Virus record (IMG/VR): IMGVR_UViG_3300007622_000007
Span: 1-41,480 of that record
DNA length: 41,480 bases
Strand: one strand, 5' to 3'
Source: a virus
Lineage: Duplodnaviria; Caudoviricetes
A program made the translations under genes and the position numbers. The first letter of the stretch is position 1. Each line of letters opens with the position of its first letter. The notes beneath the pieces are model-generated. The model worked only from the letters and a program-made list of their open reading frames with translations. It did not search any database and was not told the DNA's origin. Of this stretch, positions 1 to 8,596 are shown piece after piece.

Positions 1-2
1 AA

Positions 3-119
3 ATTGAAGAAGGTGTAGGGGTTGTGCAACAATTTGAAGCCGCTGGGAATAGGTATGGAATCCGTTACGAAGAGGCTTTGGCTCTTGAGTGCGCTTATTT
101 AAGAAGCAGATTGTCATAA
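3..119 (+). CDS. 3' end of a tail fibre/spike with a C-terminal intramolecular chaperone (Peptidase S74-like); partial
   Basis: Not in the ORF track. The frame from position 3 reads IEEGVGVVQQFEAAGNRYGIRYEEALALECAYLRSRLS* (TAA 117-119). AGxRYGIRYEE plus a terminal helix resembles the end of endosialidase-type chaperone domains. Confidence 0.7.
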   Translation: MEEGVGVVQQFEAAGNRYGIRYEEALALECAYLRSRLS

Positions 120-126
120 AAGCAAC

Positions 127-155
127 TTGCTCAATCACCAATAAAAGGATATCAT
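127..155 (+). promoter_or_regulatory. Sigma70-type promoter
   Basis: TTGCTC (127-132), 17 nt, TATCAT (150-155). ATG at 165 has no SD. Confidence 0.55.
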
Positions 156-164
156 AGATAGTAT

Positions 165-641
165 ATGGCAATAGATTACCCAGATTCTCCAACCGTAGGG
201 CAAACATTTACAACCGCAGGTAGAACCTGGGCGTATAGTGGTTCTAGGTGGACAGTTGTAAGTACTGGTGTCACTGTAAGCGTTGCAGATAATAGCATTA
301 CATCTGCAAAAATTCTTGATGGAACAATTGTTGCGGGTGATATCGCAAGCAATGCTGTAACTACAGCAAAAATTTTGGATGCTAACGTAACTGCTGCCAA
401 GATTGCTTCTGATGCTGTAACAACTGTTAAGATTCTAGATGAAAATGTAACTACTGGTAAACTTGCAAATGCTGCAGTTACAGCAACAAAACTTGCTAAT
501 ACAGCAGTAGTATCGGGTTCTTACACAGCTACGAACATTACTGTGGATGCTCAAGGCCGGATTACTTCGGCTTCATCAGGGCAAAGTGGTGTTGATGCTT
601 TTAGTGATCAATTTTTTATAGGAACGCAAGTATGGGGTTAA
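165..641 (+). CDS. Fibre connector/shaft protein with 10-aa repeats
   Basis: N-terminal MAIDYPDSPTVGQTFT..GRTWAYSGSRW module, about seven 10-aa repeats (e.g. ASNAVTTAKI, LDANVTAAKI), fibre motif ITVDAQGRITSAS, C-terminus DQFFIGTQVWG. Confidence 0.7.
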   Translation: MAIDYPDSPTVGQTFTTAGRTWAYSGSRWTVVSTGVTVSVADNSITSAKILDGTIVAGDIASNAVTTAKILDANVTAAKIASDAVTTVKILDENVTTGKLANAAVTATKLANTAVVSGSYTATNITVDAQGRITSASSGQSGVDAFSDQFFIGTQVWG

Positions 642-665
642 TATATATAAACATAGGAGAAAATT

Positions 666-1037
666 ATGCCAACATTAAGTAAATTAGCATTGCAGCCAGC
701 CGGCACTACCGGAGATGGTTTGGGTATTTTGGTAGCCAACACAGCTACTGCTGGTACAACAATTCATACAGCTAGCGCAACTACAACAACGGTTGATGAA
801 ATTTGGTTGTATGCTTATAATAACCATTCAGCATCTATTCTTTTAACAATTGAATTTGGTGGGGTAACTGCTCCAAAAGATGTAATAAAGCAAACGCTTA
901 CTGCTCAAAACGGTTTAGTTTTAGTTGTTGCTGGTTTAGTAATTCAGGGTAATGCTGTTCCGAAAGTTATTCGTGCTTTTGCAGCAACAGGAAACCAAAT
1001 TTCAATTTTTGGGTACGTCAATCGTATAGCGGTATAG
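666..1037 (+). CDS. Virion adaptor protein (123 aa), paralogue of 6936-7307
   Basis: SD AGGAGA upstream. Shares IHT..DE(I/V)WxYA.NNHS..FGGVT.P.D.I..GL.LVV.GL...GYVNRI with 6936-7307. Confidence 0.7.
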   Translation: MPTLSKLALQPAGTTGDGLGILVANTATAGTTIHTASATTTTVDEIWLYAYNNHSASILLTIEFGGVTAPKDVIKQTLTAQNGLVLVVAGLVIQGNAVPKVIRAFAATGNQISIFGYVNRIAV

Positions 1038-1043
1038 GTTCAT

Positions 1044-2000
1044 ATGGGTCGTTTATATGACATGCGATCATTAAACAATACAAATATTGGTACTTGGCTT
1101 AATATCGGTTTGGGTGGTTTGGGTACAACAGCATTTGCTACACCAACAGTTGATTACCTTGTTCTCGCTGGCGGTGGTGCTGGTAGCAATAATACTTACG
1201 GTGGTGGTGGTGGTGGTGCTGGCGGGTTGCGTAGCACGGTAACTGCAACAGGTGGCAATGGAACTTTAGAGTCTGCTCTTGGCATTACTGCAGGAGATGC
1301 GTATACGGTTACTGTTGGCGCTGGAGGAACATCATCTTCAACTAACGGTGCTGTTGGTGGTAGTGGAACCAACTCTGTTTTAGGGTCAGTTACATCAACA
1401 GGTGGTGGCGGTGGTGCTGGTGGTTCTAGTGCTGGTGTTGGTGGTGGTTCTGGTGGTGGCGGTGTTGGCGAAGGTACATTTGCAGGAGGAGCTCGCACGG
1501 CTTCACCAGTTCAAGGCTTCAATGGCGGATCTAGTCTTGGTCGTGGTTGTGGCGGAGGAGGTGGCGCTGCTGCTATTGGCGGGAACTGCGGTGCTTCAGT
1601 TTGTGGTGTTGGCGGTGCAGGTTCATCTTCAAGTATTACTGGTTCTTCTGTCCAAAGAGGCGGAGGCGGTGGTGGAGGATTTAGACCTGGTGACTCGCAA
1701 AACACCCCAGGCGCTGGTGGTGCTGGTGGTGGTGGTGCAGGCGGTGCTGGAGTTCCTTCATCGGGTACGGCAGGCACAGCAAATCTTGGCGGTGGAGGTG
1801 GCGGTAAGACAAACACTGACCCAGGTTTTAGCACAGGCACTATAGGTGGTAACGGTGGTAGCGGTATAGTCATTTTGCGTTATGTAAATACATTTCCTGA
1901 CATAGTTTCTATCGGTGCGGGGCTTACTTACTCGCTTAGTAATACAGGCGGTTATAAAATTTATTCATTTACAGCCGGAACAGGAATTATAACTTTCTAA
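1044..2000 (+). CDS. Glycine-rich fibre/receptor-binding protein
   Basis: VDYLVLAGGGAG...GGGGAGG...YTVTVGAGG...GGSGIVILRY...GGYKIYSFTAGTG architecture of phage Gly-rich domain proteins. Confidence 0.75.
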   Translation: MGRLYDMRSLNNTNIGTWLNIGLGGLGTTAFATPTVDYLVLAGGGAGSNNTYGGGGGGAGGLRSTVTATGGNGTLESALGITAGDAYTVTVGAGGTSSSTNGAVGGSGTNSVLGSVTSTGGGGGAGGSSAGVGGGSGGGGVGEGTFAGGARTASPVQGFNGGSSLGRGCGGGGGAAAIGGNCGASVCGVGGAGSSSSITGSSVQRGGGGGGGFRPGDSQNTPGAGGAGGGGAGGAGVPSSGTAGTANLGGGGGGKTNTDPGFSTGTIGGNGGSGIVILRYVNTFPDIVSIGAGLTYSLSNTGGYKIYSFTAGTGIITF

Positions 2001-2824
2001 TGAGTAAAAGAAACCGTTCTCGCGTTAATACTAGAATTGGTGCTTGGCTCAATAGCGGGTTTGGTGGTCTGGGTACAACAACATTTTCTATTCCTATTGA
2101 ATATCTTGTCGTTGCCGGTGGTGGGGCAAGTGGCGGTGGTGGCGGTGGTGGTGGTGGATTTTTAACATCATCAATGACGTTGACTGTTGCTTTAACTACA
2201 ATTACTGTTGGTGGTGGTGGTAGTGGGTCTAATGGAAGTAATTCAGTAATTGGTGCCGTTACAGCAATTGGTGGCGGTAAAGGCGGCGGTTACGGTTGGG
2301 GTGGTGCTTCTGGAAACTCAGGGGGGTCAGGCGGTGGTGGTGACGGTGTTTACAATTCCTCTCCTGGTGGTGGCGGTGGAGGAACTGCTGGGCAAGGAAA
2401 TGCTGGCGGTAGTGGTAGAAACTTTGTCCCTGGCGATGGTCGTTATACCGCAGGTGGCGGTGGTGGTGCTTCTGGTGGCGGTGGTGGTGGAAGTTTTAGT
2501 TCTGGAGGTAATGGTGGTGCAGGAACAGCTTCAAGCATCACTGGAACATCTATAACTTATGCAGGTGGTGGCGGTGGTGCTGCGTTGTATGAATATGGTT
2601 CTGGTGTTAGCGCCGGAAGTGCTGGTGCTGGTGGAGGAGGTACAGCAAATCGTGGTGGTGGCGGTGGTGGTAACGGCGGTAGTGGTGTGGTTGTTATTCG
2701 TTATGCAGATACATTCCCCGATCTAGGTTCTATTAGTGTTGGACTTACTTACACCGGCCCAGTAACTTCAGGCGGGTATAAAGTTTATCAATTTACCGCA
2801 GGTACAGGAAATATAACTGTCTAA
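2000..2824 (+). CDS. Glycine-rich fibre protein, tandem paralogue of 1044-2000
   Basis: TAATG-coupled. IEYLVVAGGG, YAGGGGG, GGSGVVVIRY, GGYKVYQFTAGTG; N-terminal IGAWLNSGFGGLGTT matches the upstream gene. Confidence 0.75.
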   Translation: MSKRNRSRVNTRIGAWLNSGFGGLGTTTFSIPIEYLVVAGGGASGGGGGGGGGFLTSSMTLTVALTTITVGGGGSGSNGSNSVIGAVTAIGGGKGGGYGWGGASGNSGGSGGGGDGVYNSSPGGGGGGTAGQGNAGGSGRNFVPGDGRYTAGGGGGASGGGGGGSFSSGGNGGAGTASSITGTSITYAGGGGGAALYEYGSGVSAGSAGAGGGGTANRGGGGGGNGGSGVVVIRYADTFPDLGSISVGLTYTGPVTSGGYKVYQFTAGTGNITV

Positions 2825-2853
2825 TTGCAAATTAATTATTAAAGAAGTATTAT
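2825..2853 (+). promoter_or_regulatory. Sigma70-type promoter
   Basis: TTGCAA (2825-2830), 17 nt, TATTAT (2848-2853). AGGAG SD at 2854-2858; ATG at 2863. Confidence 0.55.
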
Positions 2854-2862
2854 AGGAGTTAT

Positions 2863-3135
2863 ATGGCAATCAATTTTCCAAACACACCATCAACTAATGA
2901 TGAGTTTACTGCAAATGGCAAAACATGGTATTTTACAGGTTCTAATTGGACACTAAAATCAATAACATCAACAGCCAATGGAACAATTGGAACTCTTGCC
3001 TTAGCAGATACTTCTGTTACTGCTATTAAGTTAGCTAGTAATGCTGTTACTACTGCTAAAATAATGGATAATTCAATTACTTATGCTAAACTAGGTAGTG
3101 ATGTTGAAATACCTTTTATTATGGGGGTTTACTAG
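2863..3135 (+). CDS. Short fibre connector (MAINFP module plus 10-aa repeats)
   Basis: MAINFPNTPSTNDEFTANGKTWYFTGSNW is paralogous to the N-termini at 165 and 6227. Repeats ADTSVTAIKL/ASNAVTTAKI/MDNSITYAKL; C-terminus EIPFIMGVY. Confidence 0.7.
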   Translation: MAINFPNTPSTNDEFTANGKTWYFTGSNWTLKSITSTANGTIGTLALADTSVTAIKLASNAVTTAKIMDNSITYAKLGSDVEIPFIMGVY

Positions 3136-3150
3136 TGTCTAGAGGTTTAA

Positions 3151-3459
3151 ATGGCTAATATAGCAAAAGCTTTATTTCGTGGTGCTGCAACAACTACTAC
3201 AAATACAGTTCTTTATACAGTGCCGGCATCAACCGTAACTGTTGTGACAAACATTGTTGTTGTGAACACTAATTTATCTGCAGCTGCTTCATACACTTTA
3301 GCTTTAGATAGCGTTTCTTTGTTTCCAGGAGTTTCCATTCCTGCCGGTGGTGTTGTAACCATTGATGTAAAACAAGCTTTAGCAACAACTAAAACAATTA
3401 CCGGTGGAGCTTCTGCTGCTACAGTTAATTTTCATATTAGCGGAATGGAGTCAGCATAA
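3151..3459 (+). CDS. Virion adaptor protein (102 aa, beta-rich)
   Basis: SD GAGG. KALFRGAA..TVLYTVP...NIVVVN...VNFHISGME pattern of small phage structural adaptors. Confidence 0.6.
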   Translation: MANIAKALFRGAATTTTNTVLYTVPASTVTVVTNIVVVNTNLSAAASYTLALDSVSLFPGVSIPAGGVVTIDVKQALATTKTITGGASAATVNFHISGMESA

Positions 3460-6221
3460 TGGCAATTCAACAATTACCTACTGGGGAAACAACATTTAAA
3501 CCTTCGGAACTATTTAATGATCCGGTTAACAGACTTCGTGTATCTCAACCTCAATCATTGATTGATACCGACTTTGAATACGGTACACAACAAACAAAAT
3601 GGGAAAATCTTGGCCTAATTGATAACAGACCATATGTATATTCATCACAGACTCCCATTTCTGGTATTACAGCTATTGCTTTTAATACCAACTCAAGGAC
3701 AGTAACCGTATCTCTTCCGTCAACCACAGGCATTGCAGTTGGCACACCAATTTCAGTTTATGATACTTTTTTAAGCCCGGCTAATGGTAATTTTATTGTT
3801 GAATCAGTATCCACAAACGTAAGTTTTACATATACAGCACAAGCTGTTAATAGCACAGCTGTTCAAGCAATTTTTGATTCAAACAAAACAGCTATTTATA
3901 TTGGTTTTATTTTTTCTGGTGCTGCAATTGGAGCAGCGCCATCATCAGTTGTAATTGATGGAACTACTACTAAGGTAACTGTTACAACAACAGTTCCTCA
4001 TGGGCTTTCTATTGGCAACGAAGTTGTTGTCACTGGTATTACAACAACAGGTGCAAACCCTCCAAACGGTTCGTTTTTTGTTGCTCAAATTTTGAGCAAC
4101 ACAGTGTTTGTTTATTACGCTAACGCTGTGCCAACAGCAACTTTATCTTTTGGTTCTGCTGCTGTTTATGTAAGACCGCAATCGCAATTCTTGCACAGGC
4201 CTTTTGATGGTGGAGTTATTTTCTCATCTAATGGGACATCAAACTATTGCAGTGCAATTCGCCAGACACGCCGTTATTTTCGTTATCAATCAGGTAAAGG
4301 TGTACAAGTAAGTTCGGGAACTATTTTAAAACCAAATTTTCAAATTGATTCTCTTTCTTTTTCTGGAGGCGTAGTTACTGTACAAACAAAAGAACAACAT
4401 AATATTCTACCAGGATCTACAGTAACTGTAACTGGTGCATCGGATGCAAATTATAATGGAACATATACTATTACAAATGTTACTGGTTTTAATACATTTA
4501 CATATGTGCCAACATCTTCTCCTTCTCAAACACCAGCAGGAGGAACTATTTATGTAGCAATAAATAGCTGGCATGGTTGTGCAAATAGACTTGGATTGTT
4601 TGATCAACAAAACGGTGTATTTTTTGAATTTGATGGTCAAACACTTAATGCGGTAAGAAGATCTTCTGTGTTTCAACTTGCTGGTAAAATTTCTGTAACA
4701 TCTGGGCAAAATACGGTAACTCAAACAGATTCCTCTTTCCCAACTGTATTTTCAAGACAACTCAATATTGGTGATTATATTGTAATTCGCGGAGCATCAT
4801 ATCGCGTTACAGATATTGCAAGCGATACATCTCTTACTATAAGCCCTTCGTATCGTGGGGCTAATGCTGCATATGCAATTGTTACAAAAACAATTGAAAC
4901 CCGTTATGCTCAATCAACATGGAATCTTGACAAACTTGATGGGACAGGACCTTCTGGGTACAATGTTGATCTTTCAAAAATGCAAATGTTTTATATTGAT
5001 TATTCTTGGTATGGTGCTGGTTTTATTCGTTGGGGAATGAGAGCTACTAACGGAGATGTTGTTTATTGTCATAAAGTACCCAATAACAACGTCAACTCAG
5101 AATCGTGGATGCGTTCTGGAAACATGTGTGCAAGATACGAATCAAGCACAGTTGTCCCATTTACAAATACCACCACAACTATTAATAGTGGTGATACAAC
5201 AATTACTGTTGCAAGTACTTCTGGTTTTCCTACTTCAGGAACCCTATGTGTTCGCCATGCAGCACATGGTTATGAATTTATCAATTATACAGGATTGACC
5301 GCTACAACCTTTACTGGTTTAACTAGAGGACAAAGTGGTAGCACTTCATTGGCTTTAACCATTGCTTCTGGTTCAAACTCTGCAACAGTGTCATCTGCTT
5401 CTAACTTGCAGATTGGTCAGAGAGTTATTGGAACAAATATTCCTGAAGGAACATTTATTTCTAATATTGTTGGAACAACATTAACATTGAGTCAAGCAGC
5501 AACTGGTGCTAACCCTACTGTTATCGTACCTGCGCTTGGTTCAGGAACTGCTGTTTCGTTCCCGTATTCGGCAACATCACCTGTGGTTGTAGAGCAAGCA
5601 TATCCAACTTATGCAAGTTCTATTTCTCATTGGGGAACTTCAGTGATCATGGATGGTCGTTTTGATGATGACAAATCTCTTGTGTTTACTTATGGCACTA
5701 CTGGTTCAATTGCTGTAGCTGCCGGAGCAACAAATGCTCTTCTTTCAATCAGGGTAGCGCCATCTGCGGATAATGGAGTCGGCGGTGTGTTTGGGACAAG
5801 AGAGTTGGTTAACAGAATGCAGTTGATTCTTCGTGCATTGGATGTTACGACCTCAACGGCTAGCTCTAACTTGCTGATTACCGCTGTTCTTAATGGAACC
5901 GTATCCACTGGTCAAAACTGGAACCGACCTGCTGGTGCAACCTCAAGTCTTGCACAAGTTGCTGACTATAGCACAACTACTACAACAAACACTGGTGGTG
6001 AAGTCACTGGAGGTTTCTTTGTAGGTACTGGAGCAAACTCAATTGACCTTGGAGCCGTGCGAGACCTTGGTAACTCCATTCTCGGTGGCGGAACTGGTGC
6101 AACATCAACAACAAATATTTTTCCAGATGGTCCCGATGTTCTTACCATCATGGTGCGTAACCTTGGTGGTTCATCTTCTACGGTGTTCGGAAGATTATCC
6201 TGGACTGAGGCACAAGCTTAA
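3459..6221 (+). CDS. Large multidomain fibre/receptor-binding protein (920 aa)
   Basis: Thr/Ser/Val-rich beta modules (VTTTVPHGLSIGNEVVVTG; VQTKEQHNILPGSTVTVTG) interleaved with conserved-looking segments (RLRVSQPQSLIDTDFEYG, RQTRRYFRYQSGKG, IDYSWYGAGFIRWG). Confidence 0.65.
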   Translation: MAIQQLPTGETTFKPSELFNDPVNRLRVSQPQSLIDTDFEYGTQQTKWENLGLIDNRPYVYSSQTPISGITAIAFNTNSRTVTVSLPSTTGIAVGTPISVYDTFLSPANGNFIVESVSTNVSFTYTAQAVNSTAVQAIFDSNKTAIYIGFIFSGAAIGAAPSSVVIDGTTTKVTVTTTVPHGLSIGNEVVVTGITTTGANPPNGSFFVAQILSNTVFVYYANAVPTATLSFGSAAVYVRPQSQFLHRPFDGGVIFSSNGTSNYCSAIRQTRRYFRYQSGKGVQVSSGTILKPNFQIDSLSFSGGVVTVQTKEQHNILPGSTVTVTGASDANYNGTYTITNVTGFNTFTYVPTSSPSQTPAGGTIYVAINSWHGCANRLGLFDQQNGVFFEFDGQTLNAVRRSSVFQLAGKISVTSGQNTVTQTDSSFPTVFSRQLNIGDYIVIRGASYRVTDIASDTSLTISPSYRGANAAYAIVTKTIETRYAQSTWNLDKLDGTGPSGYNVDLSKMQMFYIDYSWYGAGFIRWGMRATNGDVVYCHKVPNNNVNSESWMRSGNMCARYESSTVVPFTNTTTTINSGDTTITVASTSGFPTSGTLCVRHAAHGYEFINYTGLTATTFTGLTRGQSGSTSLALTIASGSNSATVSSASNLQIGQRVIGTNIPEGTFISNIVGTTLTLSQAATGANPTVIVPALGSGTAVSFPYSATSPVVVEQAYPTYASSISHWGTSVIMDGRFDDDKSLVFTYGTTGSIAVAAGATNALLSIRVAPSADNGVGGVFGTRELVNRMQLILRALDVTTSTASSNLLITAVLNGTVSTGQNWNRPAGATSSLAQVADYSTTTTTNTGGEVTGGFFVGTGANSIDLGAVRDLGNSILGGGTGATSTTNIFPDGPDVLTIMVRNLGGSSSTVFGRLSWTEAQA

Positions 6222-6226
6222 TTGTT

Positions 6227-6433
6227 ATGACTGCTATAGATTTCCCAAACTCCCCAAGCGTAAACGATACTTTTATTGCTGCGGGGAAAACATGGTTGTA
6301 TAATGGTTCTAGTTGGACATTGCTTGGGGTTTCATTAATATCAACAGGTAGTTCTTATAATCTAGACGGGGGTACTGCTTCTACAGTTTATGGAGGCATT
6401 ACCACTGTTAGTGGAGGAGGTGCATTAGGCTAA
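6227..6433 (+). CDS. Short fibre connector (AIDFP module, C-terminal LDGG motif)
   Basis: MTAIDFPNSPSVNDTFIAAGKTWLYNGSSW is the third copy of the module; ends NLDGGTASTVYGG..SGGGALG. Confidence 0.65.
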   Translation: MTAIDFPNSPSVNDTFIAAGKTWLYNGSSWTLLGVSLISTGSSYNLDGGTASTVYGGITTVSGGGALG

Positions 6434-6918
6434 TGGCAGTTCAAATTCAAATGCGCAGAGATACAGCAGCTGCTTGGACATCTGCTAACCCGGTTTTGGC
6501 AGCTGGAGAATTGGGGTTAGAAACAGATACTACTTATTATAAAGTTGGTGATGGTTCCACGGCATGGAATTCTTTGGCTTATGGCGCATATAATGGTGTA
6601 ATTTCTGCAAATACAATTACAACAGCGATGCTCCAAGATAGCTCAATCACTACAGCAAAAATTGCTGCCAATGCGGTTATTACAGCAGATATTGCTGATG
6701 GCGCTGTCACTGCTGTAAAAATAGCAACAGCTGCATGGTCAACTAATGCAGTCATAGATGCAGCCGGAGATTTGCTTATCGGTACTGCAAATGATACTCT
6801 AGGTAGGATAGCAATTGGTACAAATCAATTTTTATTGACATCAAATGGCACAACTGCTATTTGGCAAAAATTTAATGAAAGTGATGATCAAGTAATTTTG
6901 GCTTCACAGGTATTTTAA
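6433..6918 (+). CDS. Fibre protein with Mtd_N/hyaluronidase-N-like domain
   Basis: IQMRRDTAAAWTSANPVLAAGELGLETDT..YKVGDGSTAWNSLAY matches the major tropism determinant N-terminal motif. 10-aa repeats; C-terminus DDQVILASQVF. Confidence 0.8.
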   Translation: MAVQIQMRRDTAAAWTSANPVLAAGELGLETDTTYYKVGDGSTAWNSLAYGAYNGVISANTITTAMLQDSSITTAKIAANAVITADIADGAVTAVKIATAAWSTNAVIDAAGDLLIGTANDTLGRIAIGTNQFLLTSNGTTAIWQKFNESDDQVILASQVF

Positions 6919-6935
6919 TTATATAGGAGATAGTA

Positions 6936-7307
6936 ATGGCAACATTTAGTAAACAACTTCTTTCAGCAAGTACTGATGGACGCGCAATTAAGGTGGTTGC
7001 AACAGCGATTGGTACATCACCAACTTTGATTCATACCGGTTCTTCAACAGCGTCAACATTTGAAGAAGTTTGGATTTATGCACAAAATAACCACTCAGCA
7101 GATGTTGCTTTGCGGCTTGGTTTTGGTGGGGTAACAGATCCTGATGATATTATTGAATATACAATAAAGACTAAGGGTGGTTTGTATCTTGTAGTTCCTG
7201 GTTTGATTCTTAAAGGTAATGCTTCAGCAGCTTTGACAATCCGTGCAGCAGCTGGTACTACAAACGTTATTTCGTTGTCAGGATACGTTAACCGAATCAC
7301 AGCATAA
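6936..7307 (+). CDS. Virion adaptor protein (123 aa), paralogue of 666-1037
   Basis: SD AGGAGA. Same length and motifs as 666-1037. Confidence 0.7.
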   Translation: MATFSKQLLSASTDGRAIKVVATAIGTSPTLIHTGSSTASTFEEVWIYAQNNHSADVALRLGFGGVTDPDDIIEYTIKTKGGLYLVVPGLILKGNASAALTIRAAAGTTNVISLSGYVNRITA

Positions 7308-7310
7308 GCC

Positions 7311-8216
7311 ATGTCTCGTATTAGGAAAAACACTACTGGCGGTAAAGCTGTTGGCGGAGGCTCTCTTGCTCCTAACACTAAACGCAATAACAGCACATTT
7401 CAGGTTGATGCATATTCTCGCGGTGGCGCATCAGGTCTTCCAATTTCGTTTGCGTTTATTGCTGGTGGTGGCGGTGCTTCTGGTTACGGAGGTAATTACG
7501 CAATTGGTCCTGGTGGTCAAGGTGGCGGTTATAGGGCTGGTGGTGTTGGTGCTGAAAATTCTGGAGGAGCAACTGCTAATTTAGGTGCTTTGGATGTGAC
7601 AAGCGGTCAGCAACTCCAAGTTACTGTTGGTGGCGGTGGTGGCGGTGGTGCCACAGGCGGAACCAGCCAATTTGCTTCTTATACTGCTTCTGGTGGATTG
7701 TGTTGCGGTAGTGCTACCAGTAATGCTGGATTAAATTTTGGTGCTAATGGCTCTTTTCAAGCAGGTGGTGGAAGCGGCGCAACCAACTCAGGTTACACAG
7801 GTGGTAATGGAACACTAACTTCAATTAGAGGAAGTAACGAATATTTTGGTGGCGGTGGTGGCGGTGTTAGCCAAGCACCAAACAACCCATGTAACTATTG
7901 TGGTGGTTCTGTCGGCGGTGGTGGCGCTGGTGGTGGCGGTGGTGCAGGTTTGTATGACCCAACATATGACGGTCCACCTGTAGGTTCTGCAGCAAGTGGT
8001 AATACAGGAGGCGGCGGTGGTGCTGGTCGTGGTGGTTCTTGGCAATATGGTGGGAAAACAGGCAATGCTGGCGGTTCAGGAATTGTAATGGTTCGCTACG
8101 CAGACAGTTTAACAATTACTGTTGGCGCTGGCTTGGGTCATAGCGCAGGTACTACTAGCGGAGGTTTTAAACGACATAGTTTTACTTCTGGTAGTGGATT
8201 GATAAGTTTCGCATAA
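7311..8216 (+). CDS. Glycine-rich fibre protein with Cys motifs
   Basis: FIAGGGG...QVTVGGGG...YFGGGGGG...GGSGIVMVRY...GGFKRHSFTSGSG; contains CCG and CNYC. Confidence 0.7.
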   Translation: MSRIRKNTTGGKAVGGGSLAPNTKRNNSTFQVDAYSRGGASGLPISFAFIAGGGGASGYGGNYAIGPGGQGGGYRAGGVGAENSGGATANLGALDVTSGQQLQVTVGGGGGGGATGGTSQFASYTASGGLCCGSATSNAGLNFGANGSFQAGGGSGATNSGYTGGNGTLTSIRGSNEYFGGGGGGVSQAPNNPCNYCGGSVGGGGAGGGGGAGLYDPTYDGPPVGSAASGNTGGGGGAGRGGSWQYGGKTGNAGGSGIVMVRYADSLTITVGAGLGHSAGTTSGGFKRHSFTSGSGLISFA

Positions 8217-8596
8217 TGGCACATTACGCACTTATTGATAGCAGTAGTTCTATTGTTGTTGATGTTATTACAGGCATTGATGAGAACGAAACCCAGACTG
8301 ATTTGGACGGTACGGTTGTTGGAGGCTCGTCAGAGGCATGGGAAAATTTTTATTCTTCTAGACCGTGGTTTGAAGGTTTGATCTGTAAACGAACTTCGTA
8401 CAATAACAATATCCGAAAGCGTTTTGCTGCAATTGGTCATACTTACAGCGAAGAATTAGATGTTTTTATACCCCCAAAACCTTATCCTTCTTGGGTTTTT
8501 AATGCAGACACTGTTGACTGGGAAGCGCCCATCGCTCATCCAGATATGGTAGGATATTTTGTATGGAACGAAGAGCAGCAGAGGTGGGAAGACTAA
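8216..8596 (+). CDS. Fibre-associated small protein (MAHYA type, possible fibre chaperone)
   Basis: MAHYA..VV.VITG.DE...KRTSYNNNIRKRFA.IG.TY....DVFIPPKPYPSW...WEAP...YxWNE..W, a type commonly found after Gly-rich fibre genes. Confidence 0.65.
   Translation: MAHYALIDSSSSIVVDVITGIDENETQTDLDGTVVGGSSEAWENFYSSRPWFEGLICKRTSYNNNIRKRFAAIGHTYSEELDVFIPPKPYPSWVFNADTVDWEAPIAHPDMVGYFVWNEEQQRWED

Noticed and set aside
1196-2555. Pro-rich minus-strand and Val-rich alternate-frame ORFs over the Gly-rich genes
   Set aside because: They are shadows of GGN codon runs, lack RBSs and are fully embedded in better genes.
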